This document shows, piece by piece, positions 52,861 through 64,000 of a stretch of DNA of 64,000 bases (its first letter is position 1; every line of letters begins with the position of its first letter). The stretch covers positions 109,332 to 173,331 of the forward strand of contig NIVC01001826.1 of the NCBI GenBank assembly GCA_002269645.1, written 5' to 3'. Source of the DNA: Macrostomum lignano (Eukaryota). The position numbers were made by a program, and so were the translations under genes. The notes beneath the pieces are model-generated. The model did not search any database. It worked only from the letters and a program-made list of their open reading frames with translations, and was not told where the DNA came from.

Positions 52861-54197
52861 GCTGACTAAAGCCTGGCTTCTAGGAGACTCCTCTTGCTGT
52901 TGTTGCTGTTTCCTTTTCTTTTTCTTCTGCCGATCTTTTTTGTCCTGTTTAAAATCCAGAATTCCGATTTAAATTAGGAATTCAAAGTCTTTAAAAATGT
53001 ACCTCCTATCTTGTAGTTTTTAGTCGAAGGATTAGCTGAAGGGGCGATCACAATGGCCCCTTAATTAGTTAACCAGCAACTGTCTCTTGCGCACACTGCA
53101 CTGCTTGGTTCTGCAGACTTCAGGCAAGTGTGGCATCAAAGTGTTATTTTATATAGCTCTATAATTTTATTAGGCCAAGAAAGTATGCACCAGTTTTTAC
53201 ACATTTACAAAGTATTGGAAAAACTGATTACGCTTGTACTAATAATCATAATATAATATAATCAGTTTTGTGATCTAGTCCTAATCTACCAAAAATACTT
53301 GCTAGATTGACCAGTACTAATAATAGTTTGGTATATATGAAATATAAGATAATAATAATAATAATTGATTACATCTGCCCTAATGGGCAGATTTGCAACC
53401 AACAACTCAGCTGCAGCTATCTATTATAATGCACACATTACAATCTCTTAAAAAACTTTAAAACACCTAGATCTAGACAACCTTATGGCAAAATAGCTTT
53501 GCTTTGCATGCATGCAATCAAAATCTTTTCTCATTATTTTTCAACTACTATTCAAGTTTTTATTCATTTTCATTTATTTTTTGCTTTGATTCTATTAATT
53601 TAGTGAGTATTGCTGGACTATAAAAGTGACTAATGGAATGTGAGTACCAATGAAAAAAATAAAAAAATGTAATATTAGAACCATATAGCAATAACTACTG
53701 GTTACTAAAAAAGATCTGTAATTGATAATAAATATATTTAAGTGCAAGTTAAAGGGCATATCATTATGAACAATTTATTTAGACAAAAGAATAGCTAGAA
53801 TTTTTCAAGCAAAAAATATTTTTTTAATTAAAAAATCAATGGTTAGACATTTTTTGCTTTAAGGATTACTAATGAGATAGAATTACATTTTGAATATACT
53901 TGATAATATTTTTTAGACATTAATTACAAGAAAAATAACATAATATAATAATATAAATAGTTGTATAGTTATTTGATGCTACAACTGCTTTTACATTTCC
54001 TTTTTAACTATATTGATTAGGTTGACTAGGAATTAGGAATTATTAATTTAATAATATCACAAAAAGAATAGAATTATAAAGTATTATGAACAATAAAAGT
54101 AGCTATTGCATTTAACAGTATAGATTATTTTTTTTAATTTGTAACAAAAAAAATTAATTCTAATATGAATAGCCTATTTTATAGCTAGGTAAACTAA

Positions 54198-54238
54198 AGC
54201 AATGTTGGATTAAGTGTCTTGCTCTAAGACACAAATAA
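54198..54238 (-). mobile_element. Degenerate fragment of the same CORE-SINE family
   Basis: aagcaatgttggattaagtgtcttgctctaagacacaa aligns by eye with 44068-44106. Confidence 0.4.
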
Positions 54239-54958
54239 TACCAAGCATACATGTGCAACTGCTTGCCAACACTGTAAATTGTGGTAGACTAAGGGTAAGT
54301 CATAAAAATCCCATCCTAAAAAATACAGACATAGTATTAATTAGATGACGAAACTTTTAGCTTTAATAAGATAGTCATAATTACTTCTACCATTTACCTA
54401 GAATTATACCAATTTTGCTTTAGGGTTTCTTCATAGAAAAATTGCATTTTGTTCAAAAAAGTAAGTTACATGGCTGGTATAAATTAGGAAGTTGCATATG
54501 TATAACTCTAAGCATAGAATTCTGTGATTCCAAGTAGGTTAATAATTAAATTAAGCCAATCTACTGCTTTAAGCTTAGGCTAGAATTTGACCAATCCCAT
54601 GATTAGAAAAAGCCTTTGGTGAAAATTTTAAGGTTAAATATGTGCAACATATTTTTTGTTTTTCTTTTTGATTGTTGCAAGGTTAATAATGATCTATAGG
54701 CCTTATTGTAAATGAAAAATGATATTATTTTGTGACATTTAAAAAGCATAAAAGTAGACCTAGGCCTATTACTACATATTAGACTTGGTAGTTAAGAAGC
54801 AAATCAAATATCAAAATTTATATATATTAATAAACTTCATACATAATCTATAATATTATAAATGACAAATTTATTGGCAATATATTAGCAATTATTGGAA
54901 ATTTTGACAGATTTGTTTTACATTGCATTTTAAACCTATGAAAATGAAGTTTGTCAAA

Positions 54959-54994
<36 letters not shown>

Positions 54995-54999
<5 letters not shown>

Positions 55000-56383
55000 G
55001 CCAACTCCTCCACTGGAGAAGAAACGGGAAGAACTCCTATCACCGCGGAATCCATCAGCTGAATCCTATGACCCGAATCCCATCATTCAAGTCCTCTCTA
55101 AAATCTATCAAATTCCTCCTCCATAAAACAGAAATCCATCAAAATCCTTTCTCAAACAGATTTTTATTCATAAAAACTCTCAGTCAAAGACATATTCATC
55201 AAAATCCTCTCCGTGAAACAGAAATCTGTCAAAATTCCCTCTATGAAATAGAACTCCATCAAAATCCTTTTTGTGAAACAGAACTCCATCAAAATTCCCT
55301 CCATGAAACAGAACTCCATCAAAATCCTCTCCATGAAATTTAAATTCATCAAAATCCTCTCCGTGAAACTTAAATTCATCAAAATCCTCTCCGTGAAACT
55401 TAAATTCATCAAAATCCTCTCCATGAAACCGATATTCATCAAAATTCACTCTGTTAAACAAATATCTATCAAGATTATCTCCTTCAAGCAAAAATCCATC
55501 AATTTAATCAACAGACTCTGTTAAATTGGAGTGTATTAAAAAGGCTTTCTAATTGATTGGCTTAAATATATGCAAAGAAAAGGATTTAGTGGTTAGGGTT
55601 AGGGTTAGAGCTGCACAGTGCTTCCTGTTGAAAGGTGCCAATAATAAAAAATTGAACCAATTGAACAAATTAATTGCGAAATTGACTTTTCAGTCAGTTA
55701 GTATCAGTCTCAATTAAAGTTAACAAAATGATTGCGCAATATAAATCAACCCTCCAATACACAGCGGCAGTTAGAAATTGAAGCCCCAAATTTATCTATT
55801 GCGTCTCACAAAAATAAGTACAATCTGCAGAAAGTTAAAAGCTTGAAAATCGTTTTTTGAATGCTGTGCTTTTAGTTTTCATACTTTAAGCAAACAACTT
55901 ATATCAGCATTGAAAGATCTTTCCAACAATATAAGTCTCTTCTTTCAAAGTTCAAAACTCAAGGAACAGTTTGTGTTTGAAATTTTATAGTTTAAAGCAT
56001 TGAATTTTTTAGCGTACATTCATTGCCTGCTACAGTGAGAGGCTTGCAAGTTCATGCATTGAATTTCACTGCTCGCCAGTTAGCAAGGGTCCAAGTGTAC
56101 ACACGCAGCCACTTAGAATGCCCCCATCCCCCCACTGGAGAGAAAATACACTGCCAAGATAGGAAAAAGTTGTGGCGCAATCACTCAAAACTGATGAAAA
56201 TTTTCAGTTCAAAGCAGAAAAAGTGGCTAAAGAAGGTTAAGAAAACAGTTTTCTGCTTTTTTAGCAGACTTAATTTAGAAAATTTCAACATTAAAATAGC
56301 CTATTTGTTGCATAGGAAAATTCTGCATTGATATATATAAGTCCCGCATTTGAGTTGCCAGCAGTTTAGGAGGATACGCGTTA
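54995..56383. mobile_element. Dispersed 1.3 kb non-autonomous element, copy B, adjacent to (TA)n
   Basis: Direct-orientation paralog of 3809-5091; internal 30-bp tandem repeat at about 55120-55500; preceded by (AT)n at 54967-54996. Confidence 0.8.
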
Positions 56384-58355
56384 AACCCGCCGGTCGATTG
56401 ATCAATCTACTCAGCTTTAGATATAAGAAGACATCATATACTTTAGTTTATCTACCAAATATAAGATAGTAAAGTATAAAAAAGAAGTATTAATGCATAT
56501 AAAATGTAAAGTTTTGAAAGCTTTAAACTGACTCTATTAAGAATAGACCTATTTAGTTTCTTTTATTTAATATAAAAGATATTAACAATTAGCCATTACT
56601 AACAAAGCAAGCAGAAATACCAACTACTAACCAAAGTCCAGATCATGCTAGGTGCATGCTCAAACAAAAATTGAACAATTACAAATGCACACTAAAAAAA
56701 TTGAGTAATGCTTATTCTCAGAACTATGCTATGCTAGTGTTGCATTAATAAAAGACTTTATATTGTGACAATAAACAACATTTTTGAGTTGCATAATAGA
56801 CCCTTTTTGGCAAGTAATTTGGTTAATTTTTCTGCTTTTTTGGCTATACTATTTACAGTGGAAAACTGATGCATGCAAATATTTGTTTAAATACTTTATC
56901 ACAAGTTAAAGAAACCAGGAAAGCTTGAAATTTATGCTTAAAAATGAACTTTTTTATATTTTTTATTTTACAATAACTCTTTCCTGTGATTCTATAAAAT
57001 GTATACCAAATATGCATGCACACCTTTTTAGAAGTGATGCATGCCAACTGTGCATACTTATTTTTGGAATTCATTGCCAATATATGCCCAAATTGTTGGG
57101 AGTATACTACATGATCCAGGAGTGTGGCCACCAACCAATACTAAATTTATCCATTAGTAATTTGAAAAATGAAAATAAAAATTTTGACAGACTTCATTTT
57201 TATGGGTTTAAAATGCAATACAAAGCCATTAAATTAATAGAAATTAGGCCTAGCATAATGATAATATAGGCCTAACAAATTGGGTTTAAATAAAAAAACA
57301 TAGGCCCTAGGTCTATGCTAAATTAAAAAAGATTTTTTAACAAAATTAAACTAAAGATTTGTTTCATTTTTTGTTGGGTTAGTTGCAAAACTAGGAGTAG
57401 GACTAACTAGGGCCTAAGTCAAAATCAAATTGTGTTTAATACTTACACTAGGCCTAAGTAAGTTGCATGCCTAGCCTAGCCAGCACAATTCGCTTGTTTG
57501 TTAATCAGTTTTATTTGGTACTTAAAAATCTAAGTAAAACACAGTCAAGGCTCTTTTTTAAAACTTAAGAATTAAAAATACAAGGTAGGTAAACCTAATA
57601 CCGTAATGGACGCCAGACGGTAAAATAAAGGTAGACAATTTTTATTGTCTGACTTCTAACTAAAATTTGCGAGTCTGCCTAGGCCCCTGCTAAGAAATTA
57701 ATTACTGAGCTAAAAGTATTCGATTAGAATTTAGACTGAAAATGACTAGTTGACATACTTGGCTTATTATTGCTACGACATTTCAATTAATTATTACGTC
57801 AAGTTTCAAAGAAACAGGCAATTTTAGACTCAAACTAAAAAATCTCATCAACGTTTGTTTTGAACAATCTGGCACAGTTTAAATAGGTCAAAAATTACTG
57901 ACCAATTGCTGTAGAAGTATTTTAAAATTGGTGTAAATTACGGAATAATTTTTATTTGAGCTTCTATATATGTTCATTTTTACCTTTTGGAGCTTATTAA
58001 ATTGAAACCTAATTTGTTAAATTAGACAAAAAACTTAAACTCTCTGGTTTCCAAGACTACTTTTAACAGCTCTGTCTTGTAAGTTTTTTTCTCATAACAT
58101 AATGCTGGGCCTAATTTTTTGTCAAGCGCTTTTAGCTATATTATATTTTTTAATTGAATAAATCGTTTAAATGGCTACTTAAAGTATTCTCAAAAGTATT
58201 AAAATGACGTTTTGTTTTTTTCATCATGGTAATAAGTCTACAATTAGTCGATTATTAACGGTAATTAACCTATGGCTATGAATACCTACCTACTATCAAA
58301 TATAGATAGGCTATAGATAGGCTATTTGAATAATAGCCTAATAGCCTATCAGTTG

Positions 58356-58831
58356 TAGGGATTGCAAAATCCCGTTTTTTGTGATCCCAGGATCAGAAAA
58401 ATACTGATTTTTAAGCTTCTGGGTTGAAATTTTAAGGCAAAATATACACTAAATGTTTTCTTCTTCCATTTTTGATTGTTATAGAATTAATGATCTATTT
58501 GTAGATCAAAAAAGCATTATCTTGGGATGTATTTAAGTAAGTAGTATAAAAGTACTAATTAGTAGTAAAGAAGCAAATCATATATCAAAATTTACATTGG
58601 AACAAATTTCACATTTAAATCTGTGATGTGGGGTTTTAAAAGGTGCCATGCAATGTGAGGCAATTAATGCCATAATGGAAATTAGTTTTAACTATAATAA
58701 ACTAGTTTTAAGCCGAATTATGATCATATTATAGCACTTTAAAAAAATATTAACAAAATTAAAATTAGTCCCAGGATTTAGGCCCAATCTTGGGATTTTT
58801 GGATCCTGAGATCCTGGGATTACAATCCCTA
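58356..58831. mobile_element. Putative MITE with TAGGGATTG terminal inverted repeats
   Basis: TAGGGATTGCAAAATCCC at the left end and GGGATTACAATCCCTA at the right end; subterminal GATCCC/GGGAT motifs; no TSD seen. Confidence 0.5.
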
Positions 58832-60501
58832 ATCATAATCAGTTATGATACTTATTTTTAGGGCTCTTTTATATTCTATAACCATTTTTTTGGCAATGCT
58901 TATTCTCTTGGTCCCACTCCCACGCCAATAATAATATGACAATATTATCTATATAGTGATGTGCTAATAATAGGCCTAGGTCTACCCTGCTTATTTGCAT
59001 GGCAGCTGAATTATGGCTGCTGAATAGGCCCACTACTCTTATTTAATTTTAGCATATATTATGCATGTATGGGTTTTCTGACAGATATTTTTTCTTTGAA
59101 CAGATAATTAAAAAAATGAATTTATGTTTTGGGATACATTCCTTAATCTGACGCCGTTGCCATATTCAGCTTAAAAATTTTAAAGTAGAAATTTTCTGTC
59201 CTAAAGAAAAAACATTGGCATAAATACAGCGTGTCAAAAGATGAATTCAGTGGCACCCCTTGCAAACACATTTTGGAAGCAAGTATCACAAGAAATACAA
59301 AAGACAATCATGTGTTTAAGATGTCATTGCAAAGCTAAAACATGTGTCAAGAAATGATAAAAGTTTCAGAACAAAAGATTGAAGCATAGAGATATAGCAA
59401 TCTGTTAGGAAACTAATGAATTATAAGGTTGCATATATCTTTATGAATTATGCAACTCTAAAATTTTCCCACCAAAGTTTCTTAGGCCCTTTAACTACAC
59501 TGTAATGATTTTATTTATTTTAGTTTACTAATATTGTTCAAAAAATGTATATTGTATTATATATGCATACATTTGAAATTTGATATCAGCACTATCAAAA
59601 ACCCTTATAGCAATTAAATTATCATTCTATCAAAATTGCAACTAATTTATCAATATAAACTTGAAAAAATCCTTATAACTTTGCTACTATGCAGGCAAAG
59701 CATTATTGGCATAGTACAATATAGATAATATTGGCACTATTGGCATGGGACTATGAGAATAACCATTATAATTTTCTTTATGCTATAAGTCTCTAGCTTC
59801 ATAGCTTATTATTTCCCATAACTACCTATAACTTAATTATATTTAATCCAATAGCAAAAATTCATATAATTTATATAAAGCAATGGTTGCTTATTCTACT
59901 CTCTTGCAGTCTTGGTCTTCTATATTGTATTGTCATTGTGTATATTATAAGAATGTATTTAGTTTAATTAATAGCCTAATTGTTTAATACAATATATTTT
60001 GTAGATAAATATATATTTATATATACATAATATAAATTTTGTAGGATATTTAAAATAAATTGAAATTTCACTATATATACTTTAGTTAAACAGTTTGGGA
60101 GACCATTGTAAAGTTGTTTGTATATCCACACACAGAGTTTTCATTTTTATGTGTAGAAGATATAACTATTAAACTTATGATTTTATTATTTTTATCATGT
60201 CCCCATTAGTCATATCTAATCATCTATATAAATATGAGTAGGCCCCAAGTGTTTACAATTAAGTATATTCATAGACAAATATATTACCAAGTCAAAGACT
60301 AGGCTTATATTTAAGTAAGCATGAATATATAAAATCATGACCTACATCTAATAACTTATTTTTCTAAATTTCCCTATTATCTCTATAGATTTTCTCCAGA
60401 TTTTACTGGGTTTAAAGCAAGTTAGAATCTGAATATAGCTACTGAGATGTATATGGCAAGAAAATGATTATCTCTTTTCATTTTACAGACGAGTGGCCAC
60501 T

Positions 60502-60720
60502 ATGCAATGCATCAGCTGCAGCCCATTCAGCATCATTCACTGCTCTAGCCAGGATGCAGGCCATCCAGCCACTGCACTTCAGTCACCATCGCCATGGTCT
60601 ACAGGTTGGCTCAGTGCCAAATTCTGTCTCTATCCTCAAGAATTAGTTCTTGGCTTAGAGGAGCCACTAAAAGTGCGCAAGATCCAGCTGGTATCGCATC
60701 CACACTGCATCGCTTCGAAG
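60502..60720 (+). CDS. CEP104: Centrosomal protein 104, coding exon 1
   Basis: FSIIHCSSQDAGHPA...TGWLSAKFCLYPQELVL...VRKIQLVSHPHCIASK matches the CEP104 N-terminal jelly-roll pattern (GW.S.RFC.FPQEIVL...RKLQLLAHQ..I.SK). Donor AAG|GTTTGT. Confidence 0.9.
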
Positions 60721-60879
60721 GTTTGTGCTTTTTGTTCAAATTTTATGAATAATTTATAGTGCTGTAAGAGTCAGACGCATTCTAGGGGTAATAAAAACTG
60801 AATGGTGATGCTCAACTGTTATAGTAGGCACCAAAATTGGAAAGGATACGCCCAATCAGAAAATGGAGTCGCCAAACTC

Positions 60880-61470
60880 AGAATAGAAGCGCCAAATTTG
60901 AAATAAAAGCGCCAAATTTGAAATAGAAGCGCCAAATTTGGAATAGAAGCGCTAAATTTGGCATAGCGCTAAATTTGGAGTGAAAGCGCCAAATTTGGAA
61001 TACAAGCACCAAATTTGGAATACAAGCGCCAAATTTGGAATAGAAGCGCCAACTTTGGAATAGAAGCGCCAAATTTGGAGTGAAAGCGCCAAATTTGGAA
61101 TACAAGCACCAAATTTGGAATACAAGCACCAAATTTGGAATACAAGCACCAAATTTGGAATACAAGCACCAAATTTGGAGTGAAAGCGCCAAATTTGGAA
61201 TACAAGCACCAAATTTGGAATACAAGCACCAAATTTGGAATACAAGCGCCAAATTTGGAATACAAGCGCCAAATTTGGAATACAAGCACCAAATTTGGAA
61301 TACAAGCACCAAATTTGGAATACAAGCGCCAAATTTGGAATACAAGCGCCAAATTTGGAATACAAGCGCCAAATTTGGAATACAAGCACCAAATTTGGAA
61401 TACAAGCACCAAATTTGGAATACAAGCACCAAATTTGGAATACAAGCGCCAAATTTGGAATACAAGCGCC
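60880..61470. repeat. 20-bp minisatellite in CEP104 intron 1
   Basis: Unit tacaagc(g/a)ccaaatttggaa. Confidence 0.95.
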
Positions 61471-61534
61471 AGTGAAAAGCAATAATCTAGTATAAAACAA
61501 TATCATTTACGTTCAATTTGTCAAACCGGCTTAG

Positions 61535-61975
61535 GTCGAATTCTACATCGGCGACTGCCCGCCAGATGAGCCTAGACACGTCAACAATGTCCGCTGGAGC
61601 CGACTCGGTCACGTGGCGTTGCTTAGCAACCAGTCGGGCAAACAGAAGCGCGAATTAAAATCCATCCATTTAGAGGCCAATGGTAGCTTCGTGAAACTCA
61701 GCCTGCATAGCAACCATAGCAACGCAGAGAGAAATCCATACAATCAGGTGGGAATTATTGCCCTAGCGATACAGTCTCAGCCTCTGGATGCTGACGATGA
61801 TGAAGCTAGTAAAAGTACACCGGCCGCAGCCGCCGCGGCTTACCAATCACCCTACGTGGATCTTGGCTTTGATTTGACCTGCCACCCCCGCCTTGTCCAG
61901 CTGATCCGAGAGTTGGACTGGGAGAAACAGCAATTGGTTGCTAAGGAGTTGCTAGGCGCCGCTAAAGGCGTTCAG
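61535..61975 (+). CDS. CEP104: CEP104 exon 2
   Basis: VEFYIG...RLGHVAL...RELKSIHLEANGSFVKL..H.NH.N...N.YNQVGIIAL matches CEP104; phase 0/0 junctions. Confidence 0.9.
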
Positions 61976-62019
61976 GTGGGTTAGTTAAATTTATTTATTT
62001 AAAAATAAGCGTCAGCTTT

Positions 62020-62680
62020 ATAGACTACCTGCCAATATTAGAAATCTACCTGCTAATATTAGTAATCTACCTGCCAATAGTAAAAATCTACCTACCAATA
62101 TTAGAAATTTACCTACCAATATTAGAAATCTACCTACCAATATTAGAAATCTACCTGCCAATATTAGAAATTTACCTACCAATATTAGAAATCTACCTAC
62201 CAATATTAGAAATCTACCTACCAATATTAGAAATCTACCTACCAATATTAGAAATCTACCTACCAATATTAGAAATCTACCTGCCAATATTAGAAATCTA
62301 CCTGCCAGTATTAGAAATCTACCTGCCAGTATTAGAAATCTACCTGCCAGTATTAGAAATCTACCTGCCAGTATTAGAAATCTACCTGTCAGTATTAAAA
62401 ATCTACCTGCCAGTATTAGAAATCTACCTGCCAGTATTAGAAATCTACCTGACAGTATTAGAAATCTACCTGCCAGTATTAGAAATCTACCTGTCAGTAT
62501 TAAAAATCTACCTGCCAGTATTAGAAATCTACTTGTCAGTATTAGAAATCTACCTGCCAGTATTAGAAATCTACCTGTCAGTATTAGAAATCTACCTGTC
62601 AGTATTAGAAATCTACCTGCTAATATTAGAAATCTTACTGCCAATATAAGAAATCTTACTGCCAATATATCTACCTGCAA
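62020..62680. repeat. 21-bp minisatellite in CEP104 intron 2
   Basis: Unit attagaaatctacctgccagt. Confidence 0.95.
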
Positions 62681-62720
62681 ATTTTAAGATGATTAATATT
62701 TCCAATCAACCTGTCCCCAG

Positions 62721-63104
62721 GCTCGGATCAGTGCCGCTGTGTCCGCCGGCCAAGAGCTGGCAGAGCTTGAGTTGGCCAAAGCCAAAGCCATAGCCATAGA
62801 GGACTATGGCCTAGCTGAGGACTATAAAATTGCTATACAGAATAAATTGGATGCCGCTGTGGCCGCGGCTAATGCTATTGCTTTTTCGCCTGCGGCTAAT
62901 GCTCCTGTTTTTAACGATACAGCCTACAATGAAGCTAATAAAGAAGAATCTGCTTCTGAATTGCCTAGCGTTGCTATGGACACGGCTAGGACGGAGAGGC
63001 AGTCTGAGATTGGCTTTATTGACGGAAGCACTGGCGGCGGCGCTACCGATCGGAGGAATGTTTTGGCGCTGAGTCACGATGATACTCCGCTGCCCACTTT
63101 GCAG
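62721..63104 (+). CDS. CEP104: CEP104 exon 3 (coiled coil, K..AI..EDY..A)
   Basis: GQELAELELAKAKAIAIEDYGLAEDYK...DDTPLPTL. Acceptor gtccccag, donor CAG|GTTGGC. Confidence 0.82.
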
Positions 63105-63109
63105 GTTGG

Positions 63110-63712
63110 CTTGGATGTCTATGGCAAATAGGGGTCTTGGATGTCTATGGCTAATATGGGGTCTCGGATGTCTATGGCTAATAGGGGTGTCTTAGATGTC
63201 TATGGCTAATAGGGGTCTCGGATGTCTATGGCTAATAGGGGTGTCTTAGATGTCTATGGCTAATAGGGGTCTCGGATGTCTATGGCTAATAGGGGTCTCG
63301 GATGTGTATGGCTAATAGGGGTGTCTTGGATGTCTATGGCTAATAGGGGTCTCGGATGTCTATGGCTAATAGGGGTCTCGGATGTCTATGGCTAATAGGG
63401 GTCTTGGATGTCTAAGGCAAATCGGGGTCTTGGATGTCTATGGCCAACAGGGGTGTCTTGGATGTCTATGGCTAACAGGTGTGTCTTGGATGTCTATGGC
63501 AAATAGGGGTCTTGGATGTCTATGGCTAATAGGGGTGTCTTGGATGTCTATGGCTAATAGGGGTCTCGGATGTCTATGGCAAATCGGGGTGTCTTGATGT
63601 CTATGGCTAATAGGGGTCTCGGATGTCTATGGCAAATCGGGGTCTTGGATGTCTATAGCTAGTGGGGTCTTAGGTGTCTATGGCTAACAGGGGTCTTAGG
63701 TGTCTATTGCTA
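63110..63712. repeat. 26-28-bp minisatellite in CEP104 intron 3
   Basis: Unit ggatgtctatggctaataggggtctc. Confidence 0.93.
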
Positions 63713-63754
63713 ATGGTTCAGACATCTATGATGATATACCCCATTCGCACACAG

Positions 63755-64000
63755 AACCAGACGGTGAACGAGGAGGACGAACAGCCGGGCTCTGGTGGCA
63801 GGAAAAGCGCGGACGCAATCAACGAACAAGTTGTCGATGGCGCGGAGACCGCCGTCGACAGACGACCAGCGACACCGGCGCTCTGCCATCTGACCTACTG
63901 GCTAAAGCGCGCTCAACTTCGCGCTCAATGCGTGCCGAAGCGCTATCGGAGTTAACCAATCTAGTTGGCAATTTCGGCTCCGATAGCAACAATAATGCAA
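63755..64000 (+). CDS. CEP104: CEP104 next exon, partial, reading frame ambiguous
   Basis: Acceptor cacacag at 63754. GC-rich coding-like sequence; the in-phase frame stops at 63955 while another frame runs off the window (see findings). Confidence 0.5.

Noticed and set aside
55588-55608. Telomere-like TTAGGG repeats
   Set aside because: Only about three units inside the dispersed element; too short to interpret.

Overview
Eukaryotic (animal) genomic DNA with spliced genes and a very high load of minisatellites. The combination of GC-rich Gln/Ala/His-rich exons and introns filled with tandem arrays resembles a free-living flatworm such as Macrostomum; this is an inference and was not verified. 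Six protein-coding genes were reconstructed by hand from the six-frame track plus GT-AG junctions with consistent phases. They are: a RagC/D GTPase (first coding exon only, minus), a Ctr/SLC31 copper-transporter-like gene (plus), a NET-family Noc/Elbow/ZNF503-like zinc-finger gene (2 exons, plus), a synaptotagmin-like Slp/Bitesize gene (9 exons, about 904 aa, minus), an R3H-domain R3HDM/ARPP21/Encore-like gene (2 coding exons, minus) and CEP104 (5' part, plus). Non-coding features include a tRNA-derived CORE-type SINE, putative MITEs, a 1.3 kb element present in two copies and about 30 tandem arrays. Nearly all long ORFs in the supplied track are artefacts of these arrays. The main leads are: (1) strongly one-directional C-to-T decay at CpG and CpA in one of two paralogous element copies, with sharply bounded CpG-depleted domains; (2) satellites built from CTCF-like motifs in convergent orientation around the NET gene; (3) a different minisatellite filling almost every intron; (4) an E2F-consensus array in CEP104 intron 1.
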